The notes under the pieces: model-generated
Seen by the model: only the letters and a program-made list of their open reading frames with translations
What the model was told of the DNA's origin: nothing
Database searches by the model: none
Part shown: positions 39,338 through 64,000 of the stretch, one piece after another
Numbering within the stretch: position 1 is the stretch's first letter
Layout of the letters: every line of letters starts with the position of its first letter
NCBI GenBank assembly: GCA_051362555.1
Contig: CM120647.1
Location: 9,796,001-9,860,000 of the forward strand
Length of the DNA stretch: 64,000 nucleotides
Origin: Lingula anatina
Lineage: Eukaryota > Animalia > Brachiopoda
Direction of reading: 5' to 3'
Position numbers and translations under genes: made by a program

Positions 39338-39939
39338 GGCTGCATTCACAAAGGGGCTAAGACCACATTCAGAACAGATGTTCTGCAGACTACCCTTAGC
39401 AAATGAAATGTTTGTAGCTACGAGTTTGCAGGAATTTTGTAAGAAAAAAATTATGGCTGTTAATTTGCAGCCATATTGCAGCAAATTTGCTTCAAATTTG
39501 TGAGAAGGAATTGTTTGCAGCAAATTTACAGCAGGCCTGATATTTTGCTTAGGGTAACTGATATGCGGACTAAATATGGCCGACCCACTTAAAAGCAAAG
39601 CCTGTTGTCTCCCTGCCTTTACGTCTTCGGTTTGAGGTTTGAACGTTAGGCCTCTGTAGGGATGGTGTGTGTGTGGAGGTGGGGAGACTGTAGGCAGCTA
39701 TGCTTTTGAGTGGGGTTGGCCCTATTTAGTCCACAGATCAGTAGGTCTGCAGATTATCTGTTTTGAATGTGGCCTAACCGATCAGCAGATCAAATATGGC
39801 GGACCCAGTTGAATTCTTGTCGGGTATTCCCTGCATGGGAATTTATTCAATGTCTGATAGGAGGTTATGCAGCAAGCTTTTGGGTATATTTGCCAGATTT
39901 GATCCGCAGATCTGCCAATCTGCTATTGTGAATGCTTCC
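39338..39939. mobile_element. Triple-nested MITE cluster
   Basis: Outer ggctgcattcacaa...ttgtgaatgcttcc. Middle 39361-39774 gaccacattcagaacagat...atctgttttgaatgtggcc with TAA/TAA. Inner 39393-39554 cccttagcaaa...tttgcttaggg with TA/TA. Confidence 0.7.
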
Positions 39940-41025
39940 ACAGGTTGATATTTTCTCTCAGGTAGATGATCTGATATATCCAACAGGTGTAAAAATACTG
40001 TTATATATAGGTGAAATAAACATGTATTAGCATATAAGATGTCTTTAAGAATCAATTGTGGATGTTCAGTCAGATACTAGTGCTTGGAAGATTGGTGAGT
40101 AATGGCCTGTCTCAACCTCTTTGGTCAGGCAGCATTATATATATTTTGTTTGCCATGTCGGTATTAAACTGTTGAAAAATGGTAAGTTTTTTTTTTTTTT
40201 TTTTTTTTTTTTTCATTTTGGTGTTTCCAAAGAAGAATATTAGATATGCGTTTGGTGAATTATTTATAAGCAAGCACCAGCACAGAACTGCATTTTTTTT
40301 TTTTTTTTTTTTTTTTGTGGAAATGGAGAGAAACTGGAATGTGTACTGTCGTAAGCAATGAGAAGATGGGTTTAATTATGGCTATCAGATTTAAGTCAGA
40401 CAACTAAATATTTAATATTATATGTGAAATAGGGACAAGGAACTAGCCAAGAAGATATCTCCTCAGAATTTCCTAGACATTTCCTGAGAATTTCCTTTGG
40501 GGGTTGGGGAAACCCAGGTGTGTTCATCTGGAAATAAAAATAACTTTTCATATGTGAAAACTGAGACTGAAAAAAAAAAAAAAGGAATCAGCAGCTGAAG
40601 ATTTTAATCAGAGTTGAAAAAAAAACTCATAACCTAGAACTCACCATGATGGTGGAACTCCTTGAACTCACCAAAGGTGCTAGCACACTGAGGTATAATG
40701 ATCAGAGAGATAGAAAAAACTACTCCAGACATGTAGAATAAACATTTTATCCCGGCACTTAACTGAAAAAGTCGGAACAGCTTGCGCCGAGGTCGGTAAC
40801 CCTGGCAATGCTCTGTTTAACAGAACTGGATTACATTGATCAGAAAGCAAATTTGTCCAAAGAATTGACTTAGTCCAGATAAAAATTGGAGACAGGTTGC
40901 GGATAATTTGAGAGATTTTCAGGTGCAAGGGTGAAGAGGAGGATATATATATTATCAGACGTGAGCTTTTGCTGCGGAATTCCACATTTCTGTTAAATTC
41001 AATTCTGATGGTTCCATAAATGTTC

Positions 41026-41060
<35 letters not shown>

Positions 41061-41485
41061 CTGGGCTCATGTCTGTATTTTACTTCAGTGTTGAAATACA
41101 GACTCAGTCAGTGTACCCTGATATGGGTGTTCTGACGTGAGAAGTTTATTTTATTATGTAGAATTGTTGATCTATGTTCTGCGACTGATATATATGTTAG
41201 TATTTAAACAAGGAGCAATTCATGTTTTATATTTCAGTATGTATATAGATATTGGTTGAATTGATAATCGGATTTTTGTTGACATGTGGTATTAAAAGAA
41301 TACATTAACTCTCACACTTGCATGCATGTAATGTGCATAAGCACACACACAAAATTGAGGGCAATCCAACTAATTTGGCAAAAAAGTCATTTTTTTCTCT
41401 CTTTTTACAGAATTTTAGAACATTATCCAACGGTAAAAACAGCTTGGAGTCATCACTTTAGATTTCTCTGTGAACCGTAACAAAG

Positions 41486-55069
<13,584 letters not shown>

Positions 55070-55324
55070 TTCTTCTTTGATATGGATGGTTGCTAACAAA
55101 AATGATAATTGTCTGATTATTTAAACTTTGAAATGTGATCTACACTTGTTGTTAGTATACACAGTGAGGTATACTGTGAAAGAGGTTTTTCATGGTCTCC
55201 AGATGGGATGATAGAATAGAATTATTCATTACTTAGAGACTTAAACAACATCATAAATCAAACTTCATTGACCTAGAGGTCCACGACCTGTGGAATGCTG
55301 GTTTTGCGCCAGAATTGGATGTTA

Positions 55325-55539
55325 GACCCCATTCCCACAGATTTTAGATTGATCTATCCCTGTGGGGAGTCTCACTAGATTACTCTCAGCTTAGCCAGCA
55401 TAAATGTCTGTCCCGCCTACTTAAATCTGTATGGGGGTAATTTACTACCGTGCGCAGTCTGCTGACAGCAATTTAGCGTGAACCCCCAGGGAGTTAGGTC
55501 GATCTAGTCAGATCGATCTAAGTCTCTGGGAATGTGCTC
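55325..55539. mobile_element. MITE family B in the SLCO 3' region
   Basis: gaccccattccca...tgggaatgtgctc flanked by TTA/TTA, similar to 4717-4931. Confidence 0.75.
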
Positions 55540-57281
55540 TTAGTCTGTAAGTGAAGAATAATTCCTTATAACAATTGTGTTTGTTTTGTCTTTTGGTTGT
55601 TTTGTTAAATCATTGTTTGTGAGGTATATCTGCAAGCAATTGTTCCTTAAATTCTGGATGAAATAAAAGAAAATCATAGGTTACTATTATCAATAAATAT
55701 TTAAATGTGAGTTAATTGGTATAAGAATAAGGAAAAATAGTCTTCAGCATTTGCTTAGATATAGGAAGAGGAGAACTAGATATTATTTACAAAGGTGTCA
55801 GAAAAATATCAAGAGATTCTGTGATTTAATGTATAAAATGTTTGTGAACTGGTAGTTTCAGTCTTTGAGACAAACGTTACATGATATGAACTATAATATA
55901 TTGCATATATAATCAGAGAAGGATGGTTTATTACTTAGAGGTGGCCCTTGGTTTGCTTTACGTGTGTATCTACAATATGCTCCATGATAGTTCTAAATCT
56001 GTGAAGGGTTGAAAGTCATGCCTAAATGTTTCATATGGAGAGCTAAGGTGGGTATATCATTCCATTTCTTAAACAGTGGGCTCTCCCCCCCCCCCACCCC
56101 CACCCCCGCCCTCTTTAATAAAAGCAATTGATTTTTACTTAACCCAGGAGTTCTATATCCTGTGATAAGAAATAATAAGAACCTTTCAGTTTTCACACCT
56201 CACATTTCTGTGATGTATTAAGATGTAAAAGCATATTCAATTTTACCCAACAGTCACTTTTTTAGTGTTCTGTGATATATGCATGTTTCCATATCGTTTA
56301 TTGTATTTTGAATGTTATCTGCTTAATTGCAAACTTTAACCCCCCTCCACAGCCACCACCAACAACAATAGTCCTGCAAGATCTGCTGATTGAGTCCATT
56401 TAGGCTTTTTATTTGTTAGTTGGAAAATGAGCCTGTCCCACAAAGAAATTATCCACAAACATTTAACCAATGCATGATAGGAGCCATTTAAAGCATTTTT
56501 GATGTAAAAGTGGTTCAAAGTTTTTATTATTATTATTTATTTATTTGTTTGTTTGTTTGTTTGTTTGTTTATTTCATGTTTTGTAAAAAGGAGGTCCCTG
56601 ATACTGAGAATATCATTAACTTCATTCCTTCTGTATACATAGTGAGTGCAATGCTAAGTAATCATATATAAGACTGCAAAAAGCCCCCTCTCCTTTATTT
56701 AGATAGGAGATAATTATATAACAAAATTATATTAGTGAATGAATGACATATAGCAAAATGTCACAGTAAGACGTGTGCTTTCTAGTCCTAGAATTTTTTT
56801 TTTTTTTTTTTACTTTGTGCCAAAATGTTGTTTGGCAACACGCAGCAGCCTTTTTGGCATTGTATTCACATTTTCAGATCTGAAAAAAGCTCAGGTCTGT
56901 GCCTAAAAAAAAAGGTTTCACAGATAAAAAGGTTTCAAGATGTCAGAAATTTAGGGAAAAAAAGTTATTTAACTCTGAGTTTTTTTGCCAACATGCATTT
57001 TGGCATCTTGCTGCAGCTTTTCCCTCTGTTATTGTTTTACTGTATACCTTATAGATGCTGTGTTGTATTTTGTTAAGTTTGTTGCATATGTTATTCTAGA
57101 ATTTGTAAAGATGTGTCCCATATCATAGTGGCAGAGTTTTAGATCAATTTGTCTCTTAGTAGTTTTAGAAGAACAAGTGTAGTCTTTCGTGAATCTTAAG
57201 GAGTGCATACTTTTGACAGCAAGCTTTTGTTTATAAGCATCGGTTTTTGGAAAACTCCTTTCCTAGTTCCTAGTATATATT

Positions 57282-57449
57282 CAGGGGCGGATTTAGGCCG
57301 TCTTCTGGGTCTTCCGGAAGACGGTCAGATTTTAAAGTTTACATTGACGGGTATCTAATATTTTCTGTCGGAAGACGGTCAAAAATGGAGGATGGATTAA
57401 CAAAAATAATTTGGAAGACTGTCAGAAAATATCTCTGGATCCGCCCCTG
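57282..57449. mobile_element. MITE family A
   Basis: caggggcggat...atccgcccctg flanked by ATATT on both sides; reverse complement of 5044-5212. Confidence 0.8.
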
Positions 57450-58586
57450 ATATTATCACTAGAAGCAAGCAATGATTTCACATGTTACATGAATGTGTGT
57501 ATGTGTGCATTCTTGTTTGTTTTTTTTTACCCATGCCAAATATGTTAATATCAATTATGCTAATGTAGTTATGTGATTCGCCTTAACTTTGATTGGTGGT
57601 ATGTAGCAATTTTCCTTGTCAGGCAAAACTATACCTAATTCTTGCAATTCTTGGAAAAACTGCTATTTTATTGCCACAGTTCTCTTTTTTGTTGTTGGTT
57701 TGTTTTTGGTTTTTATGATGTTGTTTTATTATCTGGTGTCACATGGGAGAATATATGACCCAAGACTGATTTTGCTGGGCTTAGGTACAAAAAAGAATTA
57801 GATGAGAAATGTTAAAGGTATTTAGGTCAAGGTAATTAGGTCAAGGTTAGGTGCAGCTCTGTGAATATCTTACTGTCAGGTAGCATCATATCATGTCATA
57901 TGATTTCAAACATTCCACACAACACAATGCATTTTATATTGAAATGATTGTGAATTTTATTCATTGTAGTATAAGTATTACAAGTGAGTTGTAGTATTAC
58001 CATTGTAGAGGTCATATAAATAATTAGCATTTATTTGTGATAGGTAAATAGTAGATGTTGTTTGTTTTGGAATTGTTTGTATATTTGAAGTTGGAGATGC
58101 ATGTACATTTAAACTATTAAAGCTGGAGCTTTGAAGTCTTGCCACTAGGTGGAGGCACTTGCCTGGTGACAAGCCCTACTTTTTTTCTGAGAAAGTTAAT
58201 TATTATGTAGATAGAAATATTTATTTTCATTTTTTGTTTGTAGATTGCTCTTTGCAAAATGTCTCACGTAGTGCAATGCAGTGTTCTGTTACTTATCTGA
58301 AAGTGGTCACTTTTGAAGATTGGTGTGAGGTACGTGGTGAAGGTCTTTTCTCGAAGAGTAAATAGACAGTACAGAAAGCTTACAGTATCTTGCATGAACA
58401 AATGAATGACCCTGCCTAAGTTGGCCTTGCTTTCTTTTTGCCAAAGAGGTTATGGTAGCCATGTTCATTGAGTTTTTTTTTTTTTTTTTCTGTTTTAAAA
58501 TTGTTCATTTTAGCTGTGCTGTTAGTGTTTTTGCTATACTTATTGATACATTATGTTATGTTGTAATTGCTGTTGGTAGTCATTAA

Positions 58587-58773
58587 GGAGTCATCCATTT
58601 TTACCATGATTTTCACAAGTCCAAAAAAGCAGACTTTTTCCAGACCCCCTCCACCCCCCACTCCCTGCCTTCAGAGAGTACAATGTGAAAAGCTAAAACT
58701 TAAAACTCATCCCCCCCCCCTCCAGCATACGGTTTGTAGATTTGTGAAAATAATGATAAAAATGGATGACCTC
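58587..58773. mobile_element. TTAA-target MITE
   Basis: Imperfect TIR ggagtcatccatttttaccat...atgataaaaatggatgacctc flanked by TTAA/TTAA. Confidence 0.65.
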
Positions 58774-60147
58774 TTAACAGCATTTGTGATTTAATTTAAT
58801 AGTTGTCACGGGGGAACCAACAAGGGAAAAGCACAAAAATAACTCCTTTTGTACTTAATGTTTATGTTCCACTGTTCATGATGACATCATTAAAATGACT
58901 GATGACATCACTAAGATGACTGATGATGTCATTTTTACCCTCTGAAACGTCCAAAAACATTGACTCGCAATACTGAAATGTGATAGCTTAAATATCGATT
59001 GCTGCTGAACGAATACGAAATGTCACATATATGCAAATTGAAGACTGAATGGATTTTTTTTTCAAGTTCCGAATTAGTGAAAATAAGGGTTTTGTATCAA
59101 ATTGTTTAAAGCACTACTACAAATACACATGCTTCATAGTTACAAAGTGGCGGTACTGCTTTTTATCTGAGGTATATTGTATGTTATTCCAATTATGAAA
59201 CAGATGGGGATTCAACCGATCTGTCAAATCTTGCACATTTTAACTATTTGCTATGTACTGGTAATCTTGGTTCATACAACTGTACATCAAGGCAAGTGCA
59301 TAAGTGATTTTTTTCTTCAAGCATCTCATAAACAGATGCGTAATAATTTGAATGAATTGAAAAAGAATGTAATATTACATTGTAAGGACTTGTCAAAGAC
59401 TTGTGTTAATATCTCGCTTGATGTGATAAGGGCCTACTGTATGTTTCTATCACTGACTGATATGGTGAACCAAAGAAAGAGAAAGTTGCTGTTCAGTTAT
59501 ATACATATATATATTCAAGAATGATTTGTTGAGTGGACTTTATTTATGATGATTTAATCAAGAATAAAATATTTTGTTGCAGATTGTTTTTTCGTTTTTA
59601 AATAGATTGAAGCAAAGATGTGGTTCATTGGTTTCAATACATCCACAGCAAACCTACCACACTCCTGATGTTCTGTTATTATTTATTTCATGTGAATCAT
59701 TACAGTATTTTTTAACAAATCGTTTCGTCATTTTCCTCAACTTCGCTTAAATACCTTATTACACCAACTGCACATTTGATATATAAATAATATTTTCAAA
59801 TAAAAATTGTACACTAATGAGCCTTATCATTGCATACATGCAAATTATGCATACTAAGTAGTACTATACCTTTTTTTTGGGGGGGGGTCAAGGTATAGTA
59901 AATATTAATTTCTCTTCTCCACAACCCTTGCGTACATTCTGCTCATTGTGTTGCAACAGCAAAAAGCTCACTCTCAGGTGTCCTATTTGCCAAGGCCAAT
60001 TTCCATTGGAAAAATTAAGCCAGATGGTCGGAATTCAATTGTAAAGCAAAAACCTTGTGGCCTTTGAACCCAGATGAGAATCCTGGTGTCTGAAGATTAT
60101 TCATAAATTTTTTTATTTCTACATACAGCTTAATAAATACTTTCAGT

Positions 60148-62786
60148 TATTGTACCACCAGCGTAGGCGCTGGCGGTACACATGGTTTTAGTCCCGACCC
60201 GTATGTTCCGCCGGCTCCTGCGGCTCCTGCGGCTCCTGCGGCTCCGCCGCCAAGTCACCGTTACCGCTTCTCCTCCTAGACGGTAAGGGCCTCCATACCC
60301 ATCTCTTGGATTTAGGTCACCTATAATCTCAACTCGTTCCACGTAAAATTTGGGCTTTGTCGGTATTGGGGTCTAGGTGTGGCACTCATTGCAATGCACC
60401 CTTGTCCAAAAATGGCAAAATTAAATGCTAATTATCTCCCCTACAGAAGGAATTATGGGAAAAATTTCTACAGACAGCTTTCCAAAAGTCATATGTGTAG
60501 ATTTCAAATATGCCCTTGGATTTGACCTTTGACCTTTATTTTAAGGTCAAACGGGCCAAAATTTTCAAAAAAACAAAATTTTTGCCGAAAAAAAATTATT
60601 TGCGGTCTTATTCAGACACCACACAGACTTAACTAATAATATTAATGGAAAGTGTTACCCTTCAGGTCATCTTTCATCTCCGTGAATTTGGGGTCAATCG
60701 GTGCATTTTCACGGGAGTAGCGGCCATAAGATATCGAAACTGAAAACTGTCTCTAATTCGGGAACCGTTAATGCTAGACACCCATTCTTTTTTGCATTTT
60801 GTAGAGCATGTAAAGCCCAACACTGGAGGTGGTCTCCGTTTTTTTGTATTCCATACGGTTTTCGAGTTACGCTGTATCAAAAAGTACATATTGGTGGTGA
60901 AAGCAAAATGTGCAGTACGGTAATGGATAATAAATTTTGAACTCCGGAAAAATAAAACATAAGGCTTGGCAAAGCAGACAACTTGTGGTCAAAAATGACA
61001 TTATTTCAACAAATTTGAACATCTGGAACTTCAGAGCACCTCCCATTTCAAGAATTTTGACCAAAATGACCTTTTCTTTATTTTAATTAATTTTTTTTGT
61101 AGGAAATTTATGGCACATTATGGTAACTCCAAAATTATAACATTTAGTCCCTTATATCTCCAAAACTGGCAGAGATAGGTCCATAGTTACTATTGAACTT
61201 GAATAGGAAGTCATATACTGGCAATCTAAATGTGACCTTAAAATTGACCTTTGACCTACTTTTCACCATGAACTGAACTTTGCAAATTTTGCTTCCCATT
61301 TATCTCCAAAACTTGCAGAGATAGGTCCATAGTTACTATTGAAGTTGAATAGGAAGTCATATACTGGCAATCTAAATGTGACCTTAAAATTGACCTTTGA
61401 CCTACTTTTCACCATGAACTGAACTTTGCAAATTTTGCTTCCCTTTTATCTCCAAAACTGGCAGAGATAGGTCCATAGTTACTATTGAAGTTGAATAGGA
61501 AGTCATATACTGGCAATCTAAATGTGACCTTAAAATTGACCTTTGACCTACTTTTCACCATGAACTGAACTTTGCAAATTTTGCTTCCCTTTTATCTCCA
61601 AAACTGGCAGAGATAGGTCCATAGTTACTATTGAAGTTGAATAGGAAGTCATATACTGGCAATCTAAATGTGACCTTAAAATTGACCTTTGACCTACTTT
61701 ACACCATGAACTGAATTTTGCAAATTTTGATTCCCTTTTATCTCCAAAACTGGCAGAGATAGGTCCATAGTTACTATTGAAGTTGAATAGGAAGTCATAT
61801 ACTGGCAATCCAAATGTGACCTTAAAATTGACCTTTGACCTTCTTTTCACCAAGAACTGAACTTTGCAAATTTTGCTTCCCTTTTATCTCCAAAACTGGC
61901 AGAGATAGGTCCATAATTACTATTGAAGTTGAATAGGAAGACATATACTGGCAATCTAAATGTGACCTTAAAATTGACCTTTGACCTACTTTTCACCATG
62001 AACTGAACTTTGCAAATTTTGCTTCCCTTTTATCTCCAAAACTGGCAGAGATAGGTCCATAGTCTCTATTGAACTTGAACAGGAAGTCATATACTGGCAA
62101 TCTACATGTGACCTTAAAATTGACCTTTGACCTACTTTTCACCATGAACTGAACTTTGCAAATTTTGATTCCCTTTTATCTCCAAAACTGGCAGAGATAG
62201 GTCCATAGTCTCTATTGAAGTTGAATAGGAAGTCATATACTGGCAATCTTAAAGTGACCTTAAAATTGACCTTTGACCTACTTTTCACCATGAACTGAAC
62301 TTTGCATAGTTTGCTTCCCCTTTATCTCCAAAACTGGCAGAGATAGGTCCATAGTTACTATTGAACGTGAATAGGAAGTCATATACTGGCAATCTAAGTG
62401 TGACCTTGAAATTGACCTTTGACCTACTTATTATCATGAACTGAACTCTGCTAATTTCTTTCTCTTTTAACTCCAAACCTGGCAGAGATAGGCCCATAGT
62501 TACTATTGAAGTTGAATAGGAAGTCATATACTGGCAATTTACTGTGACCTTGGAATTGACCTTTGACCTACCTTGCGATGAACTTAACTTTGATTGTACC
62601 ATTTTTAGTAACATATATATTTTTTGCATATTTTGAAAATTCTTGTTGATTGCATTTTTACAGCTTGTCAAGCACAAGACTGGTGGCTGTGTTCCTTATT
62701 TTGTATATGTGGGGGTCTATATGAATGCGCTTGCTCCAGCTGGTGGTACAATATTCGGAGGCGGTATCGCCTCTCTGATCCTCTAG
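60148..62786 (+). mobile_element. Complete HINE/DINE-like element, family 1, with about ten 146-bp tandem units
   Basis: 5' subTIR tattgtaccaccagc (60148-60162) folding with a nearby gctggcggtaca, then (ggctcctgc)n. Array from 61158 to ~62570 with period 146. 3' subTIR gctggtggtacaata (62739-62753), hairpin gaggcg-gtat-cgcctc, CTAG end, T-rich insertion site. No ORF with transposase or Rep/helicase features. Confidence 0.9.
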
Positions 62787-63616
62787 TTTACGTTTAGAGG
62801 TGGGTGGAGTAAACGCACATACAATGGAATCTTACATCTGAATACTAAAAAAAAGAAAAAAAAAAAAAGCACCATTTGCACTCTGTGCCGTAAGTCATAA
62901 GTCTCTAGTAGGCCTCGGAAAGTAAGGAAACTCCAGACTTTCATTGGTGGTAATTTTAAGCAGCTGCCTTAAATACATTTGTTTTACAATTTTCTTTCAT
63001 ATCCTGTATGACAGGAGTTTTAAAGCATTTTCAAACATTGCCACAATGTCTTTAAAATATTCTTTAACAAAATATAATGCTAAATTTTCAATAAGGTAAA
63101 ATGACTTTTGACACCTGTGTACATCTACTGCAGGTGTCCAACATCTTGATACAGCTTGATTCTGTATTGTCATCTTTTTTCTCTAAATCTGTAAATTCCT
63201 TTTCTTTAAAACAAAAACAGCAAGTTGGTCTGTTTGTCAAATCAGAGCAGGAAAACAATAACTTCGTCTAGTTGGTGCTCAAACTGCACTCTGCACAAAC
63301 ATTAAGTTGATGTAAGTCCATCAGATTCTGCACTATTGACCAAGTGCTTCTTCATACTCAAGTTTATTGAGACCTTTTTTATCAGTCCTTCTAGACCTGC
63401 CATATTCAAGTCTATTTTTTTCTCATGTTGCACAGGCCTCAGTTCTAAAATGTTTCCAGACTAGACAACATTGAGATATTGTCAAATTTCAATTCAAGTC
63501 CGGTCATCTCCTGTTGAACAAGTGCTGCCTCATTAACAACACTCCCAAATAAAACACTATCAGTTCATTGAGACCTTCCAAATCATCAATCTCTCCAGAC
63601 CTAACACATTCAGGTC

Positions 63617-63776
63617 TTATCGATCCCTTTCCTGTTGCACTTGTGGCATTTCAACAACAATACTACCAGATACAACATCATAGACTGCCCTGCCGTGTTG
63701 AAAGAATAGAGCTGTTAAACAGAGAGGGAAGAAGAACGCCAGTGAGAAATTCTTCATAGAGGCTCGGATAAATGCA
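63617..63776 (-). CDS. FAM8A1: Last coding exon of FAM8A1 (RDD-domain membrane protein of the HRD1 ERAD complex); rest of gene lies beyond the window
   Basis: Acceptor ttttatttttccag. Peptide AFIRASMKNFSLAFFFPLCLTALFFQHGRAVYDVVSGSIVVE matches the recalled FAM8A1 C-terminal pattern KNFS...FFP...FFQH.R..YD.V.G.IVV. Confidence 0.85.
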
Positions 63777-64000
63777 CTGGAAAAATAAAAGATATCCATT
63801 TGTATTTATCTGCAATTTTATAGAGATTCTTATAAATGTACTACTCGTATTTGTATCCACATACGGGTCATTCCATCGAAAAGTAAATCTCCGAGTCACA
63901 TCAGTAACGTCCACGATTTGAATAATTCTGATTTACCCCAATACTTTTATTTATACTTTATATTACCCTCCACTGTGGAAGGATTATGCAAAAATTTCAC

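Noticed and set aside
62900-63616. Possible degenerate minus-strand coding region
   Set aside because: No sustained ORF; better explained as the FAM8A1 3' UTR.

Overview
AT-rich, intron-containing animal genomic DNA, probably a marine invertebrate (lophotrochozoan-like repeat content; taxon is inferred, not proven). Six protein-coding genes were reconstructed by hand from GT-AG junctions and frame continuity. They are an intronless FMRFamide-receptor-like class A GPCR (+), an 11-exon membrane-anchored alpha/beta-hydrolase-fold protein (-) head-to-head with TDP2 (+), the mitochondrial ATP synthase inhibitor IF1 (-), a large SLCO/OATP transporter (+) probably head-to-head with IF1, and the last coding exon of FAM8A1 (-). 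Non-coding DNA holds two families of Helentron-associated non-autonomous elements (HINE/DINE-like) with 146-bp and 161-bp internal tandem arrays, many MITEs (several nested) and microsatellites. The most notable observations are two apparently duplicated alternative terminal exons in IF1, Glu instead of Ser at the hydrolase nucleophile elbow, and a mobile 146-bp satellite carrying one perfect nuclear-receptor DR1 site per unit at both ends of the gene block. No prokaryotic systems, CRISPR arrays, rRNA or tRNA genes were recognised.
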